Below are positions 1-8,651 of a DNA stretch of 64,000 bases, in pieces. A program made the translations under genes and the position numbers. This DNA is from a virus. Every line of letters begins with the position of its first letter. Position 1 is the first letter of the stretch. The stretch is from the UHGV virus genome UHGV-1358930; one strand, written 5' to 3'. The notes beneath the pieces were generated by a model. That model worked only from the letters and a program-made list of their open reading frames with translations, ran no database searches and was not told where the DNA came from.

Positions 1-2
1 TG

Positions 3-899
3 AAATATAAGAAGCGGAACTTAGAGCAGAGCCTGAATGCTTCAAATATCTGTCCTATTTTGCATGACGTATGTGATAGATTGACCATAGATAGAGGCGA
101 GTTAGCAGCACAGCTAGATACCGTTGAGACGGAATTGCTTGCTGCGCAGTATAGATACGCAGATATTACAAGTACCATCAATGATTTAACTTCAAAGATT
201 GACAAGTTGTCAAAAAATCTAGACGTCTTAGCTACTAACTACGATGTTAAGCAGCAGCTAATCGATCATAAAGCCGCTATCAAGTCTCAGGTGAGGGATA
301 TGGTTGCTAGTACTGGTCTCAATGCCGAATTTATCGAATCTGAGTTAGATAAGCTTGATAACATTCGAATCAAATTGCTTGCTAACATGGAATACGATAG
401 AATTATGTCTAAAGTTGTTAAAGATAAGTATCAAGCGGAACTGGATCTGGCAGTACTGAAACGCATTGCAGATAAGTTAGGTCCAAATCAGCTTCAAGCT
501 GTCGTATCCGCCGCACCATTCGAGTCTGCAAAGCAGATCATTTCAGATAATCTCAAAGCGTGCGGATTGCTTGGAGATGCGTATTTTGTTACAGATGGAG
601 GCAACAATTCATTTGACTTTGGACTTGTTAGAGATGATTTGCATATCTCTTATAAATCATTGTCATCGGGTGAAAAATGTCTGTACATGTTAGCATTTAT
701 GACAGCATTACTATCTATGAATGAATGCAGTATCAACCTTTTGCTGTTAGATGATGTATTCGATCACTTAGATAACCAGCACACACAGTTAGCTTTAAGC
801 TATATCAGCAATGATGCTAATGTGCAATACATTTTTGCCGGCGTAAACAATGTATTTGTTGAGCAGAAATTTGACAACATCGATGTTGTAAATATGTGA
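3..899 (+). CDS. SbcC/Rad50-like (T4 gp46-type) recombination ATPase, C-terminal part; reading frame is open to the window edge so the gene continues upstream
   Basis: Frame has no stop from nt 3. Coiled-coil-like segment, then ABC signature LSSGEK and Walker B/D-loop LLLLDDVFDHLD near the C-terminus. Confidence 0.5.
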   Translation, partial: KYKKRNLEQSLNASNICPILHDVCDRLTIDRGELAAQLDTVETELLAAQYRYADITSTINDLTSKIDKLSKNLDVLATNYDVKQQLIDHKAAIKSQVRDMVASTGLNAEFIESELDKLDNIRIKLLANMEYDRIMSKVVKDKYQAELDLAVLKRIADKLGPNQLQAVVSAAPFESAKQIISDNLKACGLLGDAYFVTDGGNNSFDFGLVRDDLHISYKSLSSGEKCLYMLAFMTALLSMNECSINLLLLDDVFDHLDNQHTQLALSYISNDANVQYIFAGVNNVFVEQKFDNIDVVNM

Positions 900-916
900 A
901 TTTAGGAGCAGCTAAA

Positions 917-1408
917 ATGACACTAGAAATCGGAAGTATCTACCATGTTAAGGTTATCAAATTGCTTGATAAAGCTATCATAGTTAGATTACCTGACAAC
1001 TCAACAGAATTGATTCATGTATCTAAAATTGCTAATGCATTTGTCAAAGCACCAGAAGAATATGTGTCGATAGATGATGAATTCGACGCTGTTGGAGTTA
1101 AAGGTCAGACCAAGCCTGTTGAATTATCTTTGAGACACTTAGATCTGAAGAAATTTAATGCTACGATAACTGAACCGAAGATTATCGACCCTCCTAGTAA
1201 ACAGAAGCCGAAACAGCATAGTAAGCTATCTCAGAATGCTAGTAATTCAACGAAACCAATACATTCTAAGATCGACAGGAAACTGTCCTTGGATGAGATG
1301 ATCAAGAAAAGCAACAAGCAATTTGAAGATAAGTTTAGAGGTAGGAAAGACTTCACAAAGAAGAACAAGACTCGTAGAAAAAACCAGAGGCCTTACGAAG
1401 AAGATTAA
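917..1408 (+). CDS. hypothetical protein with S1/OB-fold-like N-terminus and lysine/arginine-rich tail (possible nucleic-acid binding)
   Basis: AGGAG 8 nt upstream of ATG at 917. N-terminus GSIYHVKVIKLLDKAIIVRLPDNSTELIHVSKIA resembles an S1 domain. C-terminus is very basic. Confidence 0.4.
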   Translation: MTLEIGSIYHVKVIKLLDKAIIVRLPDNSTELIHVSKIANAFVKAPEEYVSIDDEFDAVGVKGQTKPVELSLRHLDLKKFNATITEPKIIDPPSKQKPKQHSKLSQNASNSTKPIHSKIDRKLSLDEMIKKSNKQFEDKFRGRKDFTKKNKTRRKNQRPYEED

Positions 1409-1591
1409 CTCTGTATGTCTTCTTGATGCTAAAGTGAATGAACTCGAAATCAAACAAATAGATATTGGCCGAGGATTTTTATCTTCAGCCAATATAAATA
1501 TTCTCAGAAATAGTTATCAAAAAATTAAAATTGCAACGATCGTTAAATAAGTATGTAGCAGAAGAAGGTCAGAGCTTTCGGAAGGAGCTGA

Positions 1592-1801
1592 ATGGTGATG
1601 AAGTCTCAGTCCACTAACTATTACGATCAGATTGATAAGGCAATCAAATCTTACGAACAATCTAGACCGTATCACCCTTTGGGTCCTGATAAAATCTGTG
1701 ATAAAATTGATTGGTGCTGGAAATGGAGAAAAATTTCTGAATGTCAGATGCACAGCCTAGTTGACCGAATAGTGTATCTGATGGACAATAACTTAGTTTG
1801 A
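1592..1801 (+). CDS. hypothetical small protein
   Basis: GGAAGGAG RBS upstream; 69-aa ORF with two Cys/Trp-rich motifs. Confidence 0.3.
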   Translation: MVMKSQSTNYYDQIDKAIKSYEQSRPYHPLGPDKICDKIDWCWKWRKISECQMHSLVDRIVYLMDNNLV

Positions 1802-1868
1802 ATTTAGTTTGATGTTACGGCGTCGCTAAGCGCTAAAACATAGTAGAAACCTTTATTCTATATGATGT

Positions 1869-1942
1869 TGGAGATTGGAGTAATGACAGCACATAGGTCT
1901 TTGACACCTACGGAGTAAGTTCAAATCTTGCATCTCCAGCCA
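1869..1942 (+). tRNA. tRNA-Gln (anticodon TTG), CCA encoded
   Basis: Acceptor tggagat/atctcca. Anticodon stem taggt/accta with loop CTTTGAC. T-arm gtaag-TTCAAAT-cttgc. Discriminator G then CCA. D-stem has one mismatch. Confidence 0.7.
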
Positions 1943-2446
1943 ACTGTCAATACTTAATTGACTGATGTCAGAGTAATCAGCTAACCTGACAAAGAATGAA
2001 AATGGTCGCCCTCCACCCGGAGGGCGTGGATGGAAATTACGAGATAAGTCCTCGTTATTTACCTTAGGATAGTGGCTAGTTGATAACGCGTAGCGTGACA
2101 ATCTAAGCGGTAAGCTGATGAACTAAATTATTTACAATCGTTAATTAAGTATGTAGCAGCTAGTAAGCTATTACATAGGAGCTCACAATCCTGCCGAAAT
2201 ATCATCTAGAATATTTCCGCGCAAATTGGCTGAAAAGAGTGAGTGGCAAGGAATATGCCAGGAATGATTCCAAAGTTGATAAGCAACTATAACCGGGTGC
2301 AAAACCAATCCCGGTATGATTAGAATCATACTTCTTAATAAGAATTCCGTATATCCTTGATTGAAGTATACGAAATTCGTTGATCCTAAAACGATAGGCG
2401 TTAACACATGTTTTATAGGTGACACCTCGGAAAGACGAGGATATAC

Positions 2447-2522
2447 GCTGGTGTAGCTCAGTTGGTAGAGCAGCTGATTTGTAATCAGCAGGTCAGGGGT
2501 TCGAGTCCGTTCACCAGCTCCA
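2447..2522 (+). tRNA. tRNA-Thr (anticodon TGT)
   Basis: Acceptor gctggtg/caccagc. D-arm gctc-agttggta-gagc. Anticodon stem gctga/tcagc with loop TTTGTAA. T-loop TTCGAGT. CCA encoded. Confidence 0.85.
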
Positions 2523-3265
2523 TATCGGCCGGTTTCGGGTCGTTAGATAAACACAGTGATGTGTATAAAGCATGGTCGATGATTTCTGAACCATGCGACT
2601 GAAGAAGTTCTTCAGTGCAACGGAAAACCAATATTCACTAATCCAAACCTACGGTTGAGGGCAACTGCTAATGCTATGGCTTGGAAGGAGTCATGAAAAA
2701 GGCTCTATATTAACTCGGAAACGAGTGGATGGGAAATTGCTTCGAGGTGCGAATCCTGTTAAGTTCAGTGCTTCGTTGATTTTGAAAGCTCCCTTAAATC
2801 GAAAGATAGGAGCGCTTTCAGTAAAGCCTGTCGATAACAAGACGGCAGAACGGCGACGATTGGGTCGTGCTCAAAAGGTACGAATGGTCAAACGTACACC
2901 TCGTCGTTCATTGGGATCAATACACACTTTAGCTTTCATTAGCACCAGTGGGGTAAACTGTTATATCAAGCAAAAGTGTGTGCGACTTTAGAGAGACAAA
3001 CGACTTATCGTTCTGAAAAATGAACGCGCGTAAAGCTCGCAAGGCAATACGTGAGACAGTACGAGTAGGTGCAACCGTAGGAGACCGCAATCTCCGCACT
3101 CCGCAAGAGGCGATGTGCTAAAAGGAAATCTATAGTGCTTCAGAGTAAGATTTTGCTGGCTTTTACAAAACCAGTGTCGTTGATGCCTACAGCTTAATCG
3201 GCTGTGTGGTCACTCGCTTCCAACGGCGAGAGATGGCATCGTGGCGGGTCAAGATCTCAGCCCGT

Positions 3266-3345
3266 CGTTCAATATAGTCCAATAGCTTATCACGGTAAAG
3301 CGCGTTTGTAAAACGACGAGTGGCTCGGTTCGAACCCGGCTTGGA
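3266..3345 (+). tRNA. degenerate tRNA-like element (anticodon loop TTGTAAA, GTA/Tyr-like); possible pseudogene
   Basis: 6-bp acceptor gtccaa/ttggac. Good D-stem gctt/aagc. T-loop TTCGAAC. Anticodon stem only about 3 bp. No CCA. Confidence 0.2.
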
Positions 3346-3629
3346 CATCCTATTAGACCCTTGCACGCCTCTCAACGATGCGTACCATGCGAGGGTCGAA
3401 ATTAAATAGTTTTCTTGCCGCATTTGGTACGAAGTATCAAAATATCCGCTGCCTGCGGTAATAGGTGATCTGAATATAGATCAAATTCAGATCAACGGCG
3501 TAGCATTTAACGGGCTTTAGCTACACTACACGGTAAGAGTTGAGAAAGCTGGTTGATGTATCGTGCAAACCTGCGGGTCCACGATCCACAGACGGTTCGC
3601 GATGACTGCTGTAAACGGAATCGCGTTTT

Positions 3630-3721
3630 GGGAATGTACTCAAGTGGTTGAAGAGACCAGTCCTGAAAACTGGGAGGTCGTTCATAGCGGCGCGAGCGTT
3701 CGAATCGCTCCATTCCCGCCA
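3630..3721 (+). tRNA. type II tRNA-Ser-like (anticodon TGA) with long variable arm; position 33 is C (atypical)
   Basis: Acceptor gggaatg/cattccc. D-arm ctc-aagtggttgaa-gag. Anticodon stem ccagt/actgg with loop CCTGAAA. About 20-nt variable arm. Perfect T-arm gagcg-TTCGAAT-cgctc. Discriminator G then CCA. Confidence 0.65.
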
Positions 3722-4276
3722 TCCCCGCTCGACGCAACGCGCCTGAGAATGAAACCGATGCAACTTTGGGAGCACGTCACACGGGCGGAAAAGCCGTGCG
3801 TTGCTAAACCTGCTCCAACGTAATGGAGGAAGTCGGAACGGCTAATCCGTCAAGAGCCGAAGAACTGGATCCTAAGCTCATATTCGATAACAACAGAAGC
3901 GTGTAGGTGGCAGCTCGGAAAGACGAGCAAATATAGGTCAGTACAGTGTAATTGGTATCACCCCGGACTGTAAATCCAGCTTGGCCTACTATAGAGATAG
4001 CGCTAAGACCAGCTATCACGGCGTTGAATCAGTGATCAGGTACAAGAAACGCTTAATCTCGAAGCGAAACAGAGTAGCTAAAAGAACTGTACGTTGCATA
4101 GTAGGCAACCAACCGAAATTGGCCGAACTGGCGTGTCGTGTAGCCATGCGACTTTAAATAACAACGGTGGCACCATTACATACAGATGCGCTGCGAGCAA
4201 AGTATGAGAAAGATTATCTTTCTTTTGTCGGTGGGCAGGTTTGAAGTTATCCTGTTGCAGATAAAACTTCAAACAC

Positions 4277-4350
4277 GCCGGTATAGTGTAGTGGTAACAC
4301 CCAATCCTTCCAAGATTGTATTGCGGATTCGAGTTCCGTTACCGGCTCCA
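4277..4350 (+). tRNA. tRNA-Gly (anticodon TCC), copy 1
   Basis: Acceptor gccggta/taccggc. D-stem gtgt/acac. Anticodon stem caatc/gattg with loop CTTCCAA. T-loop TTCGAGT. CCA encoded. Confidence 0.8.
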
Positions 4351-4460
4351 GCGCGAGAACGTCACTGACTAAGCGTAGCACAGTGCATGGATAGGAGGGA
4401 AGCTTCATGAGAAACGACGCGCACGCCTTCTAAGTCTTGAAAGGGGGGGGGACTTAGAAA

Positions 4461-4760
4461 ATGAGCAGAAGCTATAAGAAAACGCCGTGGTGCGGAGATA
4501 AGAAAGGCAAATGGAAAAAGCGCAGAGCTTCAAAGGTCGTGCGCGGATATCTCAGGCGCCATATCGAAGATCTGTTCCAAGATGCGCAATACAAGAAAAT
4601 CTACTGTTCACGGTACATATGCGACTACGGGTTCTTATATCCATGGGAAGAGCATTGGACGTATGTGCAGGAAGAGAATTCACATGTGCGTGCGAATGAG
4701 CCAAAACGTTCGAAAGAAGATGAGTACCGCCAGTGGTATCAAGAGTACAAAGCTAAATAA
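4461..4760 (+). CDS. hypothetical basic protein
   Basis: G-rich RBS before ATG at 4461. 99-aa Lys/Arg/Trp/Tyr-rich ORF. A hairpin gcgctct..agagcgc follows the stop codon. Confidence 0.35.
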   Translation: MSRSYKKTPWCGDKKGKWKKRRASKVVRGYLRRHIEDLFQDAQYKKIYCSRYICDYGFLYPWEEHWTYVQEENSHVRANEPKRSKEDEYRQWYQEYKAK

Positions 4761-4799
4761 CAATCGGTTATGCGCTCTCCGATAAAAGAGCGCACACGA

Positions 4800-4874
4800 T
4801 GGGCTATGGTGAAAAGGCAACACATCAGACTTTGACTCTGACATTTGTTGGTTCGAGTCCAACTAGCCCAGCCA
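4800..4874 (+). tRNA. tRNA-Gln (anticodon TTG), copy 2
   Basis: Acceptor tgggcta/tagccca. Anticodon stem tcaga/tctga with loop CTTTGAC. T-arm gttgg-TTCGAGT-ccaac. Discriminator G then CCA. Confidence 0.75.
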
Positions 4875-4949
4875 AGTAAAAAGAAGACGTTTTATCTCTC
4901 TTTATCTTTCTGTTTGTGGCATCAGTACAAACAAAATGCCACACAACAT

Positions 4950-5026
4950 GGGAATGTAGCTCAGTAGGTTAGAGCGCATGACTATAGGTCATGAGGTCGA
5001 AGGTTCAAGCCCTTCTGTTCCCTCCA
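4950..5026 (+). tRNA. tRNA of undetermined identity; anticodon loop CTATAGG gives a formal anticodon ATA (A34, highly unusual); Ile(TAT)-like, Tyr-decoding or a pseudo-tRNA are all possible
   Basis: Canonical cloverleaf: acceptor gggaatg/tgttccc, D-arm gctc-agtaggtta-gagc, anticodon stem catga/tcatg, T-arm gaagg-TTCAAGC-ccttc, CCA encoded. Confidence 0.6.
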
Positions 5027-5435
5027 AAGCCTATGTCAGTATAGGTCTTGAAATGATAAATAGACCAATACATTATCTTTCTAAAGATAATGTATCTGAT
5101 GAAAAGAGATCATCAACTCTCGGCGAAATATAACTGTTGTGACGAATGTGTCGCTTGACACAAAGAAGTAGCAGGTTCGTCGCTGCGCTTAATCTACTGA
5201 ACTGCAATGTTGATGTAAGCAGTGATAGAGGTTCCCAAACCCATTCAGGGAGATTAAGAAAAAGTTTGCTTATTTAGTAGAAAGAGGGTTGGAGGGGCAC
5301 AGCAAGTAGAATAAATGCAATAGGGCAACAAATTTGAAAGCTAATAAAGGATGTGCTAAGGAGCAGAAGTAACTACCTCTGTCTACTGTGTATTTCTACT
5401 AAATGAGTTTAACTTTTTATTAAGGAGCTTATAGT

Positions 5436-5648
5436 ATGAAAACATATACTTTTATTTGTTATGATAAGTATCCAAAAACAGTTAAAAAGTTCCACACTTT
5501 TAGAAAGCGATTTTCTTCGTTATCAGATATTGCTAAATTCTTAAAATCTTCAAATAAGCTCTATTTGCATGAGCCACTGAAACAGCTATCTAAAAACGAA
5601 TTAGCAATTCTGTCAAAGAAGCTCCGATCGTTAAATAACATCACATGA
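5436..5648 (+). CDS. hypothetical small protein
   Basis: AAGGAG RBS 7 nt upstream of ATG; 70-aa Lys-rich ORF. Confidence 0.4.
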   Translation: MKTYTFICYDKYPKTVKKFHTFRKRFSSLSDIAKFLKSSNKLYLHEPLKQLSKNELAILSKKLRSLNNIT

Positions 5649-5771
5649 AAAATCAAAATATTTATAAATAAGCTAGAAGGTTTTAATTAAATTTTATTTT
5701 TGACAATTATACTAAAATACTAAATTATCCGTATAATTGAACCTAATATAAATGTAGATAGGAGGTGATAC

Positions 5772-7028
5772 ATGATGAAAACATGGAAGCAAAATCTAAA
5801 ACATCTTACCGTCGATCAATACAATCTGTTAAGAGAATTATGTAGCTTGTCTAGAGCAGTATATAATGAAAGTTTGTATAATATTCGGCAGCATTATTTT
5901 GAAGAAGGTTCTTACTTGAGATATGAAGCAAACTACTATCTTGTAAAGAATTCTGATAATTACAAAAGATTAGGTGCAAATGTTGCTCAGCAATCTATGA
6001 AAGGAGCTGACGCATCCTTCAAATCCTTCTTCGGGTTACAGAAGCTCGCTAAATCCGGCAAGTATCAGGGCTGGAAAATACGAATGCCCAAATATTTGAA
6101 GAAAGATTCGTTTTTCAAAATAGTATTTAGTCAAGCGCAGATATCAGATGACAAATTTCGTGTTCCGGTTTCTTTTGATATGCGAAAAGATTACAAAGAA
6201 CCAATGTTCATAAAAATTCCTCCGCATATTATCGGCAAGAAAATAAGGCAGATTCATATTGTTCCTAAGTACAACGGTAGATACTTTGAAGTTAGATACA
6301 TGTTTGACGATATTGATGTAGAAAAGCCTGAAATCGATGCTACAAGAGCAATGGGAATAGACTTAGGTGTCAATAACTTAGCTACTTGTGTAACCGATAC
6401 AGGTGAGTCTTTCATAATTGATGGTAAGAAATTAAAATCAATAAATCAATGGTACAACAAAGAGTTGGCCAGACTGTCAAGTATTAAAGATAAGCAAAGT
6501 ATCAAAGGTTACACAAAACGCCAATACAACCTGACAACTAAGAGAAACAACAGAGTTAACAACTATATTTATTGTGCAGCTAAGAAAATAGTTAACTACT
6601 GTGTCAATAACAAAATTGGTAATATTGTTGTAGGGTATAATGATGGTTTTCAATCGAGATCCAACTTAGGAAAAGTAAATAACCAAAACTTCGTTATGAT
6701 TCCGTTAGGACGACTGAAGAGCAGACTTGAGTATCTTTGCAATCAACATGGAATCAATTTTGTACTTCAAGAAGAAAGTTACACTTCAAAAGCATCGTTC
6801 TTTGACGATGATAAAATGCCAAAATGGAATCCGCAGAATCCAGAAGAAGCAAAATTTTCGGGAAAACGCGTATACAGAGGATTATACATCACATCAAACA
6901 AAACCAAAATAAACGCAGATGTCAACGCAGCACTAAACATACTAAGAAAAAGTAACTTGACAGACCTAACCGTCTTACAAGCTAGAGGCGCAGTCAGCTC
7001 GCCTTCAAGATGCTATATAGCATCTTGA
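5772..7028 (+). CDS. tnpB: TnpB (IS200/IS605-family OrfB, RuvC-like RNA-guided nuclease family); no tnpA partner
   Basis: GGAGGTG RBS. 418 aa. C-terminal RuvC-III-like motif INADVNAALNILRKS. Overall TnpB architecture. Confidence 0.85.
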   Translation: MMKTWKQNLKHLTVDQYNLLRELCSLSRAVYNESLYNIRQHYFEEGSYLRYEANYYLVKNSDNYKRLGANVAQQSMKGADASFKSFFGLQKLAKSGKYQGWKIRMPKYLKKDSFFKIVFSQAQISDDKFRVPVSFDMRKDYKEPMFIKIPPHIIGKKIRQIHIVPKYNGRYFEVRYMFDDIDVEKPEIDATRAMGIDLGVNNLATCVTDTGESFIIDGKKLKSINQWYNKELARLSSIKDKQSIKGYTKRQYNLTTKRNNRVNNYIYCAAKKIVNYCVNNKIGNIVVGYNDGFQSRSNLGKVNNQNFVMIPLGRLKSRLEYLCNQHGINFVLQEESYTSKASFFDDDKMPKWNPQNPEEAKFSGKRVYRGLYITSNKTKINADVNAALNILRKSNLTDLTVLQARGAVSSPSRCYIAS

Positions 7029-7071
7029 TAAAGATTTTTTTAATGAATTTAATTGATTTATTTAAAATCTG

Positions 7072-7142
7072 CTGATGTAGCGCAGCTGTTAGAGCAACCG
7101 ACTTTAAGCAATGAGTCGTAGGTTGAAGTCTAGCAACCAGCT
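7072..7142 (+). other. tRNA-like remnant directly 3' of tnpB (D-arm-like tagcgcagctgttagagc, 5/7 acceptor pairing, aberrant 8-10 nt anticodon loop TTAAGCAATG)
   Basis: Partial cloverleaf only. Could be a disrupted tRNA, a tRNA-derived insertion target, or part of the TnpB-associated right-end RNA. Confidence 0.2.
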
Positions 7143-7153
7143 AGATTTGATAT

Positions 7154-7227
7154 GCGGATATAGTGTAACGGTAACATCCGACTCTTCCAAAGTCGTGTTG
7201 CGGGTTCGAGTCCCGTTATCCGCTCCA
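7154..7227 (+). tRNA. tRNA-Gly (anticodon TCC), copy 2
   Basis: Acceptor gcggata/tatccgc. Anticodon stem cgact/agtcg with loop CTTCCAA. T-arm gcggg-TTCGAGT-cccgt. CCA encoded. Confidence 0.8.
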
Positions 7228-7421
7228 AGAGGGAGTATGCACCCCGCTACCCATCTAGTATGTCGACTATCTGATGGCGCGAAATTTAACTGAAAAGAGC
7301 ATATATGCAAGCTTGTCGCATATGAGTACAAGTGTCGTAAAGTCAATACGATGTCTAACTATTTTGACAAAGGCAGAGAAGCTGCTATAATCGGGTGCAA
7401 AAACCATTCCCGATACAATAA

Positions 7422-7498
7422 GGGTCTTTAGCTCAGTTGGTCAGAGCATCCGGCTCATAACCGGACGGTCCAGGGTTCAAACCCCTGAAGACCCACCA
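7422..7498 (+). tRNA. tRNA-Met elongator-type (anticodon CAT; Ile2-lysidine identity cannot be excluded)
   Basis: Acceptor gggtctt/aagaccc with 1:72 paired. Anticodon stem tccgg/ccgga with loop CTCATAA. T-arm caggg-TTCAAAC-ccctg. Discriminator A then CCA. Confidence 0.9.
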
Positions 7499-7713
7499 CA
7501 ATTGGTACAACACGACTGTAACGACTCTCGCGGTTTAAAGTTGTATCCCACTTCTTGATTGAGGTGTGAAGTGTCAAGAGAGCTTCCGACGAGTCTTATG
7601 GGCACCACCTAGCGGTGAAAAGATAAGACAATCGTCATTAGATCTAAGTTGTCCGGCAGTGTTAATGTTATTGAATCATGGTGAAATTGTGATCACATCT
7701 GCCGGATACATAT

Positions 7714-7782
7714 CCTCCCGTAGTGTAGTGGTAGCACTAGCGTCCGTCAGGGCGAAGGATCCGTTCGAATCGGAAGGGAGGT
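7714..7782 (+). tRNA. tRNA-like, probably defective (GTC/Asp-like anticodon region but no proper 7-nt loop/5-bp stem; 4-bp T-stem; no CCA)
   Basis: Acceptor cctccc/gggagg. D-arm gtgt-agtggta-gcac identical in style to the Gly tRNAs. T-loop TTCGAAT. Confidence 0.3.
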
Positions 7783-7997
7783 TGTCTGGCACGGACAAAG
7801 TGCAGAACCTATCAAGAGGAATTCAGTGCCTGCCTCGCTTCGGATAGCAAAAGAAGGCGTTTGGTAGTAATCGACAAACTACTCGCGGTTACAGAGAGGG
7901 AGAGGCGTTACAGGTAAACCTCTTAGGTGCTATGATATCAGGCACTTAGCAAAGCACAGCTTGCAGTTAGGACTAATCCGACCAGATATCAAAATAT

Positions 7998-8071
7998 GCA
8001 GCTATAGTGTAATGGTAACACTCAACTCTTCCAAAGTTGTATTGCCGGTTCAAATCCGGTTAGCTGCTCCA
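7998..8071 (+). tRNA. tRNA-Gly (anticodon TCC), copy 3
   Basis: Acceptor gcagcta/tagctgc. Anticodon stem caact/agttg with loop CTTCCAA. T-arm gccgg-TTCAAAT-ccggt. CCA encoded. Confidence 0.8.
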
Positions 8072-8099
8072 CAGAAAGTCTACAGAAAGGGTGATAAAT

Positions 8100-8417
8100 A
8101 TGGCTATTTATAAATGCCCGGTTTGTGAAGGAAGGGGATTTGTTCCTTTCGGATTCTATACAAGTCAACCACATGATGGAAGCTCAATAACTGGTTCTGC
8201 TTCAACTGAAATTTGTAGAAGCTGTGATGGTAGAGGCGTAATATTTGATGAATGCCTTAGAACAGCTTCAAACAATGAGCAAAAGATCTGTAGCAACTGC
8301 GAAATGAATGATGGAATGGTATATATGTCTTATCCTCCTAAGTACAGATGCACTGTATCCGGTTGTTTCAATGAAGGAACACATCTATGCGATCTAGATG
8401 ACGTGATGGATAAGTGA
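8100..8417 (+). CDS. hypothetical Cys-rich zinc-ribbon protein
   Basis: Multiple CxxC pairs (CPVCEGRG, CRSCDGRG, CSNCE). RBS-like AAAGGGTG upstream. Confidence 0.5.
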   Translation: MAIYKCPVCEGRGFVPFGFYTSQPHDGSSITGSASTEICRSCDGRGVIFDECLRTASNNEQKICSNCEMNDGMVYMSYPPKYRCTVSGCFNEGTHLCDLDDVMDK

Positions 8418-8478
8418 AACAACTATCCAATATAATATAGAGATCGGTAGGACGCTGACGTGTGCTGACCGAATCGTT

Positions 8479-8518
8479 CCGTCTGGGTGCGTCAACACCT
8501 GGACGGTTCTTTTTTTTG
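8479..8518 (+). terminator. rho-independent terminator
   Basis: GC-rich stem ccgtctgg..ccaggacgg followed by TTCTTTTTTTTG. Confidence 0.7.
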
Positions 8519-8534
8519 TTGTTAGATGAATCAA

Positions 8535-8588
8535 ATTATTAACGAATTATTAACGGATATTGAATTTTCCATACAAATATCATATAAT
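8535..8588 (+). promoter_or_regulatory. operator-like direct repeats ATTATTAACGA (x2) fused to a sigma-A consensus promoter (TTGAAT-17-TATAAT)
   Basis: -35 at 8560-8565, 17-nt spacer, -10 TATAAT at 8583-8588. Repeats at 8535-8556. Confidence 0.6.
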
Positions 8589-8651
8589 ATAATCATAAAA
8601 AAGCTGGTCCAATCCAACACATCAAAAAGCTTCAAAGCTAAGGAGGACAAC

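Noticed and set aside
2671-2991. 106-aa arginine-rich ORF (and its minus-strand counterpart 3187..3423) in the GC-rich spacer
   Set aside because: No RBS. Composition is typical of spurious ORFs in GC-rich structured RNA. Both overlap hairpins and tRNA-like elements.
3937-4020. Type II tRNA-Tyr-like (anticodon loop CTGTAAA after the CGGAAAGACGAG leader)
   Set aside because: The anticodon stem-loop is convincing, but no matching acceptor 3' strand or T-arm could be found downstream.
3430-4150. tmRNA, RNase P RNA or group I intron in the GC-rich segment
   Set aside because: I could not find the tag-peptide ORF with a tRNA-like 3' end, the RNase P conserved P4 sequences, or group I P7/P3 elements by eye. 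Left as an unassigned structured region.
5696-5737. Sigma-A promoter for tnpB (TTGACA ... TATAAT)
   Set aside because: The spacing between the hexamers is about 26 nt, which is not functional as a pair; it may use an alternative -35.
7566-7847. 93-aa ORF spanning the tRNA-like gene at 7714
   Set aside because: The translation is dictated by tRNA sequence (the same SVVV/LRVRVP peptides recur in ORFs 4186 and 7111 over other tRNAs).
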